Counted from the stretch's first letter, positions 38,330 to 47,925 are shown. The stretch: DNA of 64,000 bases from an uncultured Pseudomonadales bacterium (GCA_964432115.1 CAYSMC010000033.1:1123-65122), one strand, 5' to 3'. Program-made: numbers and translations. Notes: generated by a model not told the origin, from the sequence alone.

Positions 38330-40054
38330 ATGTCAACAAAACCATCTTGCTATCAAATAATTTGTCAGCAATGGCAAAAACACAAGTATTTTTTTTCTTT
38401 TTTATTGTTAATTATCTTGGCTATTATTTTAAGATTACCTTTTTTAAGTATTTTTCCACCAGCCATGGTGCAGGATGAAGTGGGCTTGGGGTATTCAGCT
38501 ATCAGTATTGCTGAAACTGGCAAGGATGAATGGGGAGAAACTTATCCTCTATTATTTAAATCATTTGGTGAATATAAATTGCCAGTGTTTGTTTATGTGA
38601 CTGCTATTTTATATAAAATAATTGGCTGGCAACAGGTGTTGCCAAGAATTACTTCTGCCCTGGCCGGTGTAATTTTAGTTTTCTTGACTGTATTATGGGT
38701 TCGACAGCTAACTAAATCCAAAAAATTAGCCTTATTAGCCGGATTAATATTGGCTACTAGTCCTTGGACTATTCATCTCAGCAGAATGGCTTTGGAAAGC
38801 AATTTGGCTTTAGTTTTTTTTATGGCTGCTCTATTGATGATTAGTTCACAAAAATCGTCTTTAAAAGTGATACTGGCTGCCATCTTTTTTAGTTTAAGCA
38901 GTTACACTTATAATGCTTATAAATATTTAGTGATTTTATTTTTAACTTCATACATTGTCGGCATTCTTCTTTTTTATTACAAAAAAATTACAAGTCAAAA
39001 ACAACTCCTAAAAAATCTGCTGGCTATTTTATTAATTTCTAGCTGTTTGTCTTTACTCATCTTTTTTGCCAAAGGAACAACTGTAAGGCTCGATCAAACT
39101 TTTTTATTAAATTCAGAACAACAACTTGGTTTATATAAACATTATGAAAACAATTGTCATCTCGCTCTTAATGCAATTAGTCCCCGTTTAAATGTACTTT
39201 GCAGACTGCAGTACAATAAATTTTCTAGAGCGATACTTATAGTTGTGGACAGTTATACTAAACATTTATCTCCAGGTTTTTATTTTTTTTCTGGAGATAG
39301 TGAACCAGGTAGAAACCCTACCCAAACTGGTCAATTTTATGCTCCACTGTTAGTTTTTTGTTTATTTGGAGTAGTAACTATGATCAAAAATCCAAAAAAA
39401 TATTTACTAATTATTGTTGGTTTTTTAACCGCTCTTTTGCCATCTGCCGTGTCTGGTAATCCTCACGCAATTAGATTATCGGCAGCCATTCCCTTCGTTT
39501 TATTGATGATTATATGGGGTTATCAGTCTGTGCAGAAATTAATCTTACGTAAAAAATTATTTGATTGGCTGTTTGTCTTGTTGATTTTATTATCAACAAT
39601 TTTTTATTCTATAAAATATATGGCTAGTACTTATGTGGCTTGGGAAAATACCGGAACCTATTTATCCTTTGCTAAAAAAATTGCCAAGCTAAGTTATGAC
39701 TATGCCGAGCGAGGTTATGTGGTTTATGCTGATTTTAACCTCTATCCAGAGCCACATATTTATTATGCTTATTGGAATAAAATTGATCCATTAATTGCTC
39801 AGCAATCTTTTGTTAATGTGTTAAATGAAGCAGATGGTTTTTCACGACCTAGACAGTTTGGCGATCAGGTGTTTTTTGAGAAAGGTGATACAGATCTTAT
39901 AAATTGTCAAAGTGATACCATTCCTTTAATTGTTTATTTTAGAAAAGAACCAATTTCGGGTGTTCAGGCTGTGCAAATTATCAGGGACAATGCCAATATA
40001 TATGATTTTGCTTATGTTTATGAAAGTTGGCAATTTTGTTCAATTGAGAATTAA
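38330..40054 (+). CDS. GT-C fold glycosyltransferase (PMT/ArnT-like, GT39/GT83 family)
   Basis: About 11 TM helices with a DE motif in the first extracytoplasmic loop (MVQDEVGLGYSA...GKDEWGETYP), which is characteristic of ArnT/PMT-type lipid-linked sugar transferases. Confidence 0.6.
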   Translation: MSTKPSCYQIICQQWQKHKYFFSFLLLIILAIILRLPFLSIFPPAMVQDEVGLGYSAISIAETGKDEWGETYPLLFKSFGEYKLPVFVYVTAILYKIIGWQQVLPRITSALAGVILVFLTVLWVRQLTKSKKLALLAGLILATSPWTIHLSRMALESNLALVFFMAALLMISSQKSSLKVILAAIFFSLSSYTYNAYKYLVILFLTSYIVGILLFYYKKITSQKQLLKNLLAILLISSCLSLLIFFAKGTTVRLDQTFLLNSEQQLGLYKHYENNCHLALNAISPRLNVLCRLQYNKFSRAILIVVDSYTKHLSPGFYFFSGDSEPGRNPTQTGQFYAPLLVFCLFGVVTMIKNPKKYLLIIVGFLTALLPSAVSGNPHAIRLSAAIPFVLLMIIWGYQSVQKLILRKKLFDWLFVLLILLSTIFYSIKYMASTYVAWENTGTYLSFAKKIAKLSYDYAERGYVVYADFNLYPEPHIYYAYWNKIDPLIAQQSFVNVLNEADGFSRPRQFGDQVFFEKGDTDLINCQSDTIPLIVYFRKEPISGVQAVQIIRDNANIYDFAYVYESWQFCSIEN

Positions 40055-40127
40055 AGCAATTACTAAAAAATATTGCATTTTTGTCCTTCTCAAGCTATAA
40101 TGTCCCATAATGTTAAATAACAAGACG

Positions 40128-40931
40128 ATGGTCAAATTTTATCAAAAGGCCCCCGTCAAATTTCTGTTAAAAAAAACTAAAGGTCTGAAAAAGTTGGCTG
40201 TGACTTCTTTTGCTTTCAGCATAATATTTTTATTGTTAAGCAATCCTTTTCTTAGTTGGCAAGGAATTAAGAATTTACCAAATATACTTAATAAATCAAA
40301 AGAGATCATCTCAACTATTCCTGAATTTATCAAAAATTTGCCAGAGGAAGCAGAAAAAAATACTTTTGCTTTCTTTGATTGGACTAAGATGCAGTTAGAT
40401 AATGCTTGGCCAATTTTTGCCAGAGAAAAAGAAGAGAGTCAAGAAGCGGGTCAGAGTGCCTCAACACAAGTGATAGATACACCCGATTACGCCACTTTGC
40501 CTTTTTATATCGAAATTCCCAGCTTAAAAATATATGAAGAGGTGCACGCCAATATTGATCCCAATGAAGCCAAAGAATATCAAATAGCTTTGGAAAATGG
40601 AGTAGCTCACGCACTCAACTCAGCTTTTCCAGGTCAAGACAAGTTGATTTATATCTTTAGTCATTCCACCAATGGCATTTGGAATGTTGAGGCATACAAT
40701 GCTGTTTTTTATCAAATTAAAGATTTGGCCATTGGCGATCAGGTAATTTTGCATCTGGGCGATGAACAATTTATTTATGAGGTTAGCGCTCAAGATATAG
40801 TAGCCAGTAGTGAAGTAGATTTTGTTAATAATTTAAAAGAAGAGAACATCTTATTATTGCAAACCTGTTGGCCTCCGGGAACTAGTTGGCAGCGTTTATT
40901 TGTCAGTGCTGTGCCTGTGCTAGGCGAATAG
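40128..40931 (+). CDS. sortase-family transpeptidase
   Basis: N-terminal TM anchor and catalytic triad context: IFSHST (His), LLLQTCWP (TLxTC Cys), QRLFVSA (Arg). These align to SrtA LAGHTF / QLTLITC / RKIFVA. Confidence 0.75.
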   Translation: MVKFYQKAPVKFLLKKTKGLKKLAVTSFAFSIIFLLLSNPFLSWQGIKNLPNILNKSKEIISTIPEFIKNLPEEAEKNTFAFFDWTKMQLDNAWPIFAREKEESQEAGQSASTQVIDTPDYATLPFYIEIPSLKIYEEVHANIDPNEAKEYQIALENGVAHALNSAFPGQDKLIYIFSHSTNGIWNVEAYNAVFYQIKDLAIGDQVILHLGDEQFIYEVSAQDIVASSEVDFVNNLKEENILLLQTCWPPGTSWQRLFVSAVPVLGE

Positions 40932-40943
40932 TATCCCATAATA

Positions 40944-40972
40944 TTGACAATTAATAATTATAAATATATAAT
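40944..40972 (+). promoter_or_regulatory. consensus sigma70-type promoter TTGACA-N17-TATAAT inside a shared 18-nt motif ATCCCATAATATTGACAA
   Basis: Read directly: TTGACA 40944-40949, 17-nt spacer, TATAAT 40967-40972. It lies about 40 nt upstream of the ATG at 41011. Confidence 0.55.
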
Positions 40973-41010
40973 ATATGCTCATAAATAATAAAATATCAAT
41001 TAGAGTACCT

Positions 41011-41688
41011 ATGAAAAAAATAATTTCTTACCTTTTAATAGTGATCGGTCTTTTTCTATTAGCTATAAATGTAGCTAATGCTAGAGAGTGTCACACTGTT
41101 TATGGTGGTGGTGAAGTCTGTGAAAACGGTGACATTAGTTTGGACAAAAAAGTTTTTAATCCCGAAGCTAATGAATATTGGGATAATATTGCTGCTAGTT
41201 CTTACACTTTTGCTCCTAATCAAGAAGTAAAATTTAGACTACGTATTAAAAATATTGCTGACGTTGAAGTCGATGGCGTTCGTTTGGAAGACGATTTTGC
41301 TCGTTTAGTTGATTATATGGTTTACATCGGCGCCGATGGCGAAAGTTATCCAATTGAGTTTGAAGACAATGTGCTCAAATTTGATTTTGATGATGTCGCT
41401 GCTGGTCAAGAAATTACCGTGTATTTTAACGCTCATTTTAAAGCCGAAAGTGAATTACCAGTTGGGACTACTTGTATCACTAATAAAGCTAAAGTTTATT
41501 CCAAAGAAGATGATGTAAGCGACAGCGATTATGCCAGTTTCTGTGTCAAAGCAGATGAGGGGCAAATTATTAGTGAAGTTACTCCAGATACTGGTTTTGA
41601 TTTAAGCACTATTTTAGCTCTCGAGGCTGTAGCCTTGGCTGGTTTAGGTGCTTTTGCCCTAACAAAAGCTAAGAAAATTAGTAAATAA
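41011..41688 (+). CDS. cell-surface protein with a sortase sorting signal (TPDTG motif + hydrophobic segment + basic tail)
   Basis: Signal peptide MKKIISYLLIVIGLFLLAINVANA. C-terminus EVTPDTGFDLSTILALEAVALAGLGAFALTKAKKISK matches the LPXTG-like tripartite sorting signal. It sits next to the sortase gene. Confidence 0.55.
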   Translation: MKKIISYLLIVIGLFLLAINVANARECHTVYGGGEVCENGDISLDKKVFNPEANEYWDNIAASSYTFAPNQEVKFRLRIKNIADVEVDGVRLEDDFARLVDYMVYIGADGESYPIEFEDNVLKFDFDDVAAGQEITVYFNAHFKAESELPVGTTCITNKAKVYSKEDDVSDSDYASFCVKADEGQIISEVTPDTGFDLSTILALEAVALAGLGAFALTKAKKISK

Positions 41689-41712
41689 TTGTTTTAATTA
41701 AAAATGAAAAAA

Positions 41713-41739
41713 CCCTTCTTTTACAGAAGGGTTTTTTTT
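41713..41739 (+). terminator. Rho-independent terminator (CCCTTCT-TTTAC-AGAAGGG + T8)
   Basis: 7-bp GC-containing stem, 5-nt loop and TTTTTTTT, immediately after the stop of 41011..41688. Confidence 0.6.
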
Positions 41740-41818
41740 AAAATAAAAGAAACATGTGTGAGGCTTAATTATTTATTGTTTAGCCTGGAAAGGAATCTCA
41801 ATTTAACATCCCATAATA

Positions 41819-41847
41819 TTGACAAAAATGACTTTATTTGATATACT
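41819..41847 (+). promoter_or_regulatory. second copy of the shared motif, with promoter TTGACA-N17-TATACT, heading a roughly 340-nt leader before gene 42195
   Basis: ATCCCATAATATTGACAA is repeated exactly at 41807-41824. -35 at 41819-41824 and -10 at 41842-41847. Confidence 0.5.
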
Positions 41848-42194
41848 TTTACATACTTATCAAATCTTTTTATTAGAGAACAGATTTTGACATTCCAATC
41901 TTTTTTCCCAACCCCTCGTGTCGAAAATTGTTCTCTACTTGAAAGAGTAGAAGAAGGAGCTCTTAAGTAAGGTCTTAAAACCTGAGAATCGCTTTCAGAG
42001 TTTTGAGTCACTTACAAAAAGAGACGCACCTTAACAAGGAGGAAAAGAATGCCCTAGGCATTTTGGTCCAGCTTTTGTGACAATCATTGCAATGTGGTTG
42101 TTAGAGAAGCTGGTCCAATTGTGCCGAAAGGCAAGGGACGAGCCGGTGGCCACTGACGTGCAGTGGAAACTTTCGCGCTAAAAAGGAGAATGCC

Positions 42195-43130
42195 ATGCGC
42201 AAAAAAATGTTTATTTTGGTTTGTGTACTTTTAGTGGCGAGCTTGCTCGCCGCCTGCAAACCGCAGGTTACCGTCAATGTTCCAGAGCAAAAACCACCAG
42301 ATGTTGTGGTAAATGTTCCAGAACAGGAACCTCCGTCAATCAATGTGGAGGTGATTGTTCCCAAAACATCAAAAGAAGCAGAACCGGTTGAAGAACCAGA
42401 GTTGGTTGAAGAACCCGAGCTCGTTGAAGCTTCTGAAGCCATAGTCGTCCAAAATTGGGCTAAATGCCCATTGGAGGACAAAGGCGTTCGCCTCGAATTT
42501 GATGGTCCGAATGATGGTGAATTTTACCTCATTTCTGGCCTCAGCGAGGATTTTGCAGTCTATGAAGGCTGTAATTTCCTATTCGAGGGCCGTCAATTTT
42601 TGACCGAAGAACACCATATTTGGGTCTTCCAAGATCCAGATTGGCAATTGAAGGTTCGAGAGGGTAGCCTCTGGGCTTATCCCTCAGACTGGAACATGGT
42701 TGACTTCTCAACTGAGAAGCCGCCGATCGTAGCCGAGTTCGTAACCGCGAAGCGGCAAAATCAGTTGATTAACGGCTATGACTGGGTAATTTTTGTCCAC
42801 GACGGTGAGATTCTTTATGAATTTCCCGTTGGGCAAGATACGCCCAAAGTAGTTTTACCCGACAACGCCGACTTCACAGAACCCGAACCACTCGTGGTTC
42901 AAGGCGTCTGGGATGGTGAGATGTTTGATGCCTCAATTGGGGCAGAAAATACAATCACCGTTTCGATGTTGGATGGACAATTGTTTTATTGGGCGAATGC
43001 CCAAGACAACATTGTCTACAAAACCGTTGAAGCCTGGATCATGCCGTCAGCATGGTCGCTCGAACAGATTGAGAGTTGGGCAGAACAAAATTTTCCCAAC
43101 CAAAGTTTGGTCGAATACAACGGCGGCTAA
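42195..43130 (+). CDS. lipoprotein (lipobox LLAAC) with tandem VNVPEQxPP / EEPELV repeats; GC-rich relative to surroundings
   Basis: Signal peptide plus Cys lipobox MRKKMFILVCVLLVASLLAAC. GC is clearly elevated versus neighbours. It is followed by a 9-bp GC hairpin at 43144-43175. Confidence 0.55.
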   Translation: MRKKMFILVCVLLVASLLAACKPQVTVNVPEQKPPDVVVNVPEQEPPSINVEVIVPKTSKEAEPVEEPELVEEPELVEASEAIVVQNWAKCPLEDKGVRLEFDGPNDGEFYLISGLSEDFAVYEGCNFLFEGRQFLTEEHHIWVFQDPDWQLKVREGSLWAYPSDWNMVDFSTEKPPIVAEFVTAKRQNQLINGYDWVIFVHDGEILYEFPVGQDTPKVVLPDNADFTEPEPLVVQGVWDGEMFDASIGAENTITVSMLDGQLFYWANAQDNIVYKTVEAWIMPSAWSLEQIESWAEQNFPNQSLVEYNGG

Positions 43131-43228
43131 TCTTTCCTCCTTGCCCACGTCTACCTCTAGAAAAGAAGACGTGGGTAAAGCAAAGCTCATCAAATAGCAT
43201 TGGTGATTTTTGCTTTACTAAAAAAATC

Positions 43229-44608
43229 ATGAAATTAACTAAGAAAACCTACCAGCGTTTTAATGATCCAGCTACTTTACTGCTAGTATCTAGTTTTCCG
43301 CTGCAGGGTGAGGAAATTGCCAAGCGCAATGCGGTTTCACGTTATAGCAAATTTTTACTTGAGCATTTTCCAGATCAGCAACAAGTGGTGGTGCTGTGTG
43401 AGCAGGTCACAGGTCAAAATAATCAAGCTTATTTGCTCAAAGATAATATTTTAGTGATTCCTACTTACACTATCAATTCACTGAAACTTTTTGCTCAATT
43501 AAACCAGCAATTTAAGCGTTTTCCTCAAGTTAAAAACATTCTTTTACAATTTGAATTTAGTTTATTTGGTAAAGAAATTATTACCTTTTTATTGCCCTTT
43601 TTCTTTATTTGGCAGCGCTTGTTTGGTAAAAAGGTTTATACCATGCTTCATCAGGTGGTTTTGGATTTATCTACTTTATCAGGACAGGTAGCTTTGCCTG
43701 CCAGTTCAATCAAAACCTTGTTTTTTAATGGGGTGATGCGTCTTTTTTACAGTATTTTAGGCTTAGCTAATCAACAGGTTTTAGTTCATGATCAATTTTT
43801 AGCTGACAAATTACGTTTCTTAGTGCCTCAGCGCAAGTTAGTCATTATTCCTCATGGAATCAATGGTTATCGGGGCTTTAAACAGCTACAAAAAGATAGT
43901 TTTAAGAGAAGTTTGGGTTGTAAAGCTAGCGATCAATTAGTTTTAGCTTATGGTTATCATTCTTGGTATAAAGGTACGGATTGGTTAATAAAAAACTTTT
44001 TGCGTTTAAAAAAATCTGGTCAGTTAGCAAAAAACACCAAGTTATTGTTAGCTGGAGATGTGGCTCCTACTCAAAAAAATCAGCTTCATTTACAAGATTT
44101 TTACCATAATCTCAGCAAGTTGATTGAAAACAATGGTCAAGACATTATTCACACTGGTTTTGTACCAGAAAAAGAGGTGGCGAAGATCTTTGCTATTGCC
44201 GATTTGGTGGTTTTTCCTTATCGCGCGCGCATGTCTAGTTCTGGAGCTTTAGCTTTAGCGCTGCAATATCGCAAGCCTTTTATTTGTTCCAAGTTTTTTG
44301 CCGAAAATTTAGTGACTGATGAGTTGAAAAAACTGGCTGAAAAAAACAAAATCGCTACTGATCGATTGCTGTTTGATTTAAATTATTCTTCTTTTACTAA
44401 AGTTTTCTTAAATAATTGGCAGAATCAATCTCTAAGTAAAAAAATGACTGCTTTTGGTCGCCAGGTATCCAAAGCTCATGAGTGGAGCGAGGTTGCTTTG
44501 CAATATTTAACTGTTATTGAGCAAGCTAAAAAACAAGCCGTCAGAGCTACTAAGGTGCAAAAAGTTTACTTTTGGCAAAGACCAGCTTATTCCCAAGCTG
44601 GCACTTAA
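43229..44608 (+). CDS. GT-B fold glycosyltransferase (GT4-like)
   Basis: C-terminal GT4-type nucleotide-sugar-binding region (LLLAGDVAP...GFVPEKEVAKIFAIADLVVFPY...SSSGALALALQYRKPFICS). Start chosen at the first ATG after the upstream gene. Confidence 0.6.
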   Translation: MKLTKKTYQRFNDPATLLLVSSFPLQGEEIAKRNAVSRYSKFLLEHFPDQQQVVVLCEQVTGQNNQAYLLKDNILVIPTYTINSLKLFAQLNQQFKRFPQVKNILLQFEFSLFGKEIITFLLPFFFIWQRLFGKKVYTMLHQVVLDLSTLSGQVALPASSIKTLFFNGVMRLFYSILGLANQQVLVHDQFLADKLRFLVPQRKLVIIPHGINGYRGFKQLQKDSFKRSLGCKASDQLVLAYGYHSWYKGTDWLIKNFLRLKKSGQLAKNTKLLLAGDVAPTQKNQLHLQDFYHNLSKLIENNGQDIIHTGFVPEKEVAKIFAIADLVVFPYRARMSSSGALALALQYRKPFICSKFFAENLVTDELKKLAEKNKIATDRLLFDLNYSSFTKVFLNNWQNQSLSKKMTAFGRQVSKAHEWSEVALQYLTVIEQAKKQAVRATKVQKVYFWQRPAYSQAGT

Positions 44609-44634
44609 GCTGAATTTTTGTATACAATTAAGTT

Positions 44635-47600
44635 ATGAAATTTTTTTCTCTATTAAAAAAAGTCTGGCCCCAGCTTTTTTTATTTCTTCTAGTAACCCTT
44701 CTTGTTTATCTGAATTTTACTCCAGCTACTTATTTAATTGGCTGGGATAATCTACAGGTTGAACTTGATCTCGGCATTAATCTAGAAAGAGCTTTTAATG
44801 TCTCTTGGCAGGAATATCAGGGCTTAGGTTTATTAGGAGGCATGGGACATGGAGCAGATCTAGTCAGGCAGATTTTGTTGTGGCCTTTTTCGCTTATCTT
44901 AAAGCAAAATTGGCTGCGTTATTTTTGGAATTATTTGGCTTTATTGTCTGGTGTTTGGGGGGCTTATAGTTTATTTGCTTATTTATTAAAGAATAATAAA
45001 CAATATCAACTTTTGGCTTTACTCGGCGCTAGTTTTTATCTATTAAATCTTGGCACGGTGCAAAATTTCTACGTTACTTTTGAGCCTTTTGCCGCTTTTT
45101 TTGCTTTTTTTCCCTGGTTAATTTATTACTTTTTAACTTATCTTGAACGATCCAACAAAAAAAATCTGCTGGGCTTTATCGCTTTTTCTTTATTAGGAAC
45201 AATTTTTGGCTATGTGCAGACGGTTTTTATTGTTTATCTGCTAGTTTTGTTATTAATCATGGCTTTTTTTCTGTTCAAGAAAAAAATTACTTGGAAAAAA
45301 GTAGGCTTAATTTTATTAGTGGTTTTTTTGACCAATGCTTTTTGGTTATTGCCGGTGGTTTATTTCACGATTTTTGCAAGTGCCACCACCCTAGCAGCCA
45401 AGATTAACTTGATGTCTACTGAGGTGACCTTTTTAAAAAATAACCAGTTTGGTAGTTTTACTAATTTGGCCACACTTAAAGGTTTTTGGCTTGATCATAC
45501 TGATTTTAACCAGTGGGGCAACAGTGTTTATTTAATGGATGTTTGGAAAAGCCATTTAAATCAGGGATGGCTGGCAGTTTTAACTTGGCTTTATTTTGCC
45601 TTATTAGTTCTTGGTATTGGATCATTATTTTTGGCTAAAAAGAGCCAGTCGCATTTGCGTCACAGCCATTTGTCAATTTTAGTGGTTTTTTTGTTTACGG
45701 CTTTTATTTTGGCCGGTTCCAATCCACCCTTAGCTTTTGTTTATGACTTTTTGCGCCAAGTGGTGCCTTTATTTGGTCAAATATTTCGCTCAGCCTTTAC
45801 CAAATGGATCGTTCCCTACAGCTTATTTTATAGCTTGTTGTTGACTTTTGGTTTAGCTTTTCTTTTTTCTTTTTTCAAAAAGAAAATCTGGCAATTTCTT
45901 ATAGCCGGCGCATTTTTCTTATCTTTAATTTTTTATTCCTTACCTAGTTTTACTGGTAATTTCTTTTATTCTCGCTTGCGAGTGAGTGTTCCCGATGCCT
46001 ATTTTCAAGTGTTTGATTATTTTAAAAATGAGGCGCCAGAGAGTAGTCGGATTGCTAATTTGCCTCAGCATACTTTTTATGGTTGGCAATGGAATGATTG
46101 GGGTTATCGTGGCTCTGGTTTTATTTGGTACGGGATTAAACAGCCAATTTTAGATCGGGCTTTTGATGTCTGGAGTGAGGCCAGCGAGCGCTATTATTGG
46201 CAATTACAGGCAGCGCTAGATAAAAAGGATATTGCTGCATTGGAAAATGTTTTAGCTCAATATGCAGTTGATTATTTGCTACTTGATGAATCAATTATTA
46301 ATCGCAATACCAAAAAGCCTTTTAATTATCAGGCACTCAAAGAGTTTTTACAAAGTGCAGACAATATCGAATTAATTGAGCAATATGATTTTATAAGTAT
46401 TTATCGGGTTAATAATCAAGCACAAGAAAAGAGCCAGGACTTTATTACTTTGTATAAAGATTTGCCTTTGCTAGCCAATGACTATCGTTTTGCTTGGTCT
46501 GATCAAGCCTTTAGTGACTTTGGCCATTATTTAACTATGGATAATCATAATTTCTCTATTGAAGATCTGAATATTGATGCCATTTATCCCTTTCCCGCCC
46601 TGTTTAGCAACCATTGGCAGGAGGATTTAGAATTTTCTTTAACCAAAGATGACAGCTACTTTTATCTAAGTAGTTTGAAAGACAGCCCAAGCGCCGATTT
46701 TCAATTGCAGTTAGCAGATTTGATGAAATCTGAAGAGCAGTTGCCTTTTCGCTTAACTTGGGTAGTGGAGGATAATTTGGCGAAACTCAATTTTAGCTTG
46801 CTAGCCCCAGAAATTATTGATAGCCAGCAAGTAACTCATTTTACTCTAGAGAAAGAATTTATTTTTGATGCGCGATTGTGTATGGCTAGCGAAACTTGTT
46901 ATATCAACATCAATAATCAGCTACTTACTCAATTAGGTGAGAGTGGTGAACTGGATTTATTATTAAGCACCAGTGTTCCCAACAGCATTGCCCTTAGTAG
47001 CGAGCAAAAAACTGCTTATTTCGACTATGCTTTTTTTGATTTAAATCTTTACAATTTGATCGTTGAGCAAAAACCCTATCGGGGAGATAGCCAGCTAAAA
47101 GTTAAAATCCCCAAAGTCATCTTGCAAAGCAATGTGTTAGTTAGTGAACTTAATCTTTTTGAGCCAGTCGATTGTCGGCCACTGCAAGAAGGTTTGGTGG
47201 CTAAAGAACAGTGGGATGAGGGGACTTTTTATCAGGCGGTTGGCACTAGTGTTTGTGATCATTTCTATTTGGCTAATTTAGCTCATAATTTAGGCTATCT
47301 GATTAAGCTAGATGCGCAGAATTTAGCTAGTTTGCCAGCCATTTTTGCGGTGCAGTCAGACAGCATTGGTCGTAGTCCTTTAGAGACCTATTTAAGTGAG
47401 GGAGTTAATTACCACATATTGCCTCCGACTGAGGATTTCAATCAAGGTTACACCCTGTATTTTTCCACTGATTCTTATGGTTGGGAAATCAATAATAACC
47501 TAATCAAGTCTGTGGAAGTTTTCTTTTTCCCCTACAATTTCCTAAAAGAATTGCGCTGGCAAAAAACTCAAGCACCGGTTTTGCCCAATCAGTTGAGTAA

Positions 47601-47925
47601 TTGTGATTTTAGCGTTAACAAAAAAGCTCTTTGGTTATATCAAATTGATTTGCCAACTAATTGTGATGCTCAATATTTAAGCTTAGCTCAGGCTTATGAC
47701 GGGGCTTGGTTGGCTTACCAAGATGGGCAAAGACTTAAACAAGCCAAAGTAAATAATTGGGCCAATGCTTGGTTCTTAGACAATCAAGACAGTGAAAGTC
47801 GAATTTATCTTTTCTTTTGGCCACAATTACTTCAATATTTTGGCTTTTTACTGATCGTTATTAGTTTATTTTTCTTATTGCTAAAATTGCGAAAAAAGCG
47901 ACCAGATCGTTTAAAAAGCAATTAA
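44635..47925 (+). CDS. very large polytopic membrane protein (about 14 TM N-terminal region + roughly 600-aa extracytoplasmic domain + C-terminal TM); putative GT-C/YfhO-like glycan polymerase or transferase
   Basis: 1096-aa ORF. The hydrophobic N-terminal half resembles GT-C family membrane glycosyltransferases. No specific family recognised. Confidence 0.55.
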   Translation: MKFFSLLKKVWPQLFLFLLVTLLVYLNFTPATYLIGWDNLQVELDLGINLERAFNVSWQEYQGLGLLGGMGHGADLVRQILLWPFSLILKQNWLRYFWNYLALLSGVWGAYSLFAYLLKNNKQYQLLALLGASFYLLNLGTVQNFYVTFEPFAAFFAFFPWLIYYFLTYLERSNKKNLLGFIAFSLLGTIFGYVQTVFIVYLLVLLLIMAFFLFKKKITWKKVGLILLVVFLTNAFWLLPVVYFTIFASATTLAAKINLMSTEVTFLKNNQFGSFTNLATLKGFWLDHTDFNQWGNSVYLMDVWKSHLNQGWLAVLTWLYFALLVLGIGSLFLAKKSQSHLRHSHLSILVVFLFTAFILAGSNPPLAFVYDFLRQVVPLFGQIFRSAFTKWIVPYSLFYSLLLTFGLAFLFSFFKKKIWQFLIAGAFFLSLIFYSLPSFTGNFFYSRLRVSVPDAYFQVFDYFKNEAPESSRIANLPQHTFYGWQWNDWGYRGSGFIWYGIKQPILDRAFDVWSEASERYYWQLQAALDKKDIAALENVLAQYAVDYLLLDESIINRNTKKPFNYQALKEFLQSADNIELIEQYDFISIYRVNNQAQEKSQDFITLYKDLPLLANDYRFAWSDQAFSDFGHYLTMDNHNFSIEDLNIDAIYPFPALFSNHWQEDLEFSLTKDDSYFYLSSLKDSPSADFQLQLADLMKSEEQLPFRLTWVVEDNLAKLNFSLLAPEIIDSQQVTHFTLEKEFIFDARLCMASETCYININNQLLTQLGESGELDLLLSTSVPNSIALSSEQKTAYFDYAFFDLNLYNLIVEQKPYRGDSQLKVKIPKVILQSNVLVSELNLFEPVDCRPLQEGLVAKEQWDEGTFYQAVGTSVCDHFYLANLAHNLGYLIKLDAQNLASLPAIFAVQSDSIGRSPLETYLSEGVNYHILPPTEDFNQGYTLYFSTDSYGWEINNNLIKSVEVFFFPYNFLKELRWQKTQAPVLPNQLSNCDFSVNKKALWLYQIDLPTNCDAQYLSLAQAYDGAWLAYQDGQRLKQAKVNNWANAWFLDNQDSESRIYLFFWPQLLQYFGFLLIVISLFFLLLKLRKKRPDRLKSN

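Noticed and set aside
40930-41850. Repeated 18-mer as a possible CRISPR repeat or mobile-element terminal repeat
   Set aside because: Only two exact copies (plus one degenerate) exist. Each sits at promoter distance upstream of a gene and contains -35/-10 boxes. There is no regular spacing, no cas genes and no transposase.
41850-42194. c-di-GMP-I (GEMM) riboswitch in the lipoprotein leader
   Set aside because: The GAAAGGCAAGGGACGAGCCGG stretch is only loosely GEMM-like. The full consensus (GGCAAACC...GACGCAAAGCC) is not present, so only an unclassified structured leader is reported.
41769-42481. Minus-strand ORFs 41769..42011 (80 aa) and 42101..42481 (126 aa)
   Set aside because: They overlap the leader and the well-supported lipoprotein gene on the opposite strand. 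Their low-complexity Ser/Gly/Thr content is typical of antisense translation of GC-rich sequence.
43076-43228. Upstream start (43076) for the GT4 glycosyltransferase
   Set aside because: It would overlap the lipoprotein gene end and the GC hairpin. The N-terminal 50 aa from that start are low-complexity, whereas the ATG at 43229 gives a typical GT4 N-terminus.
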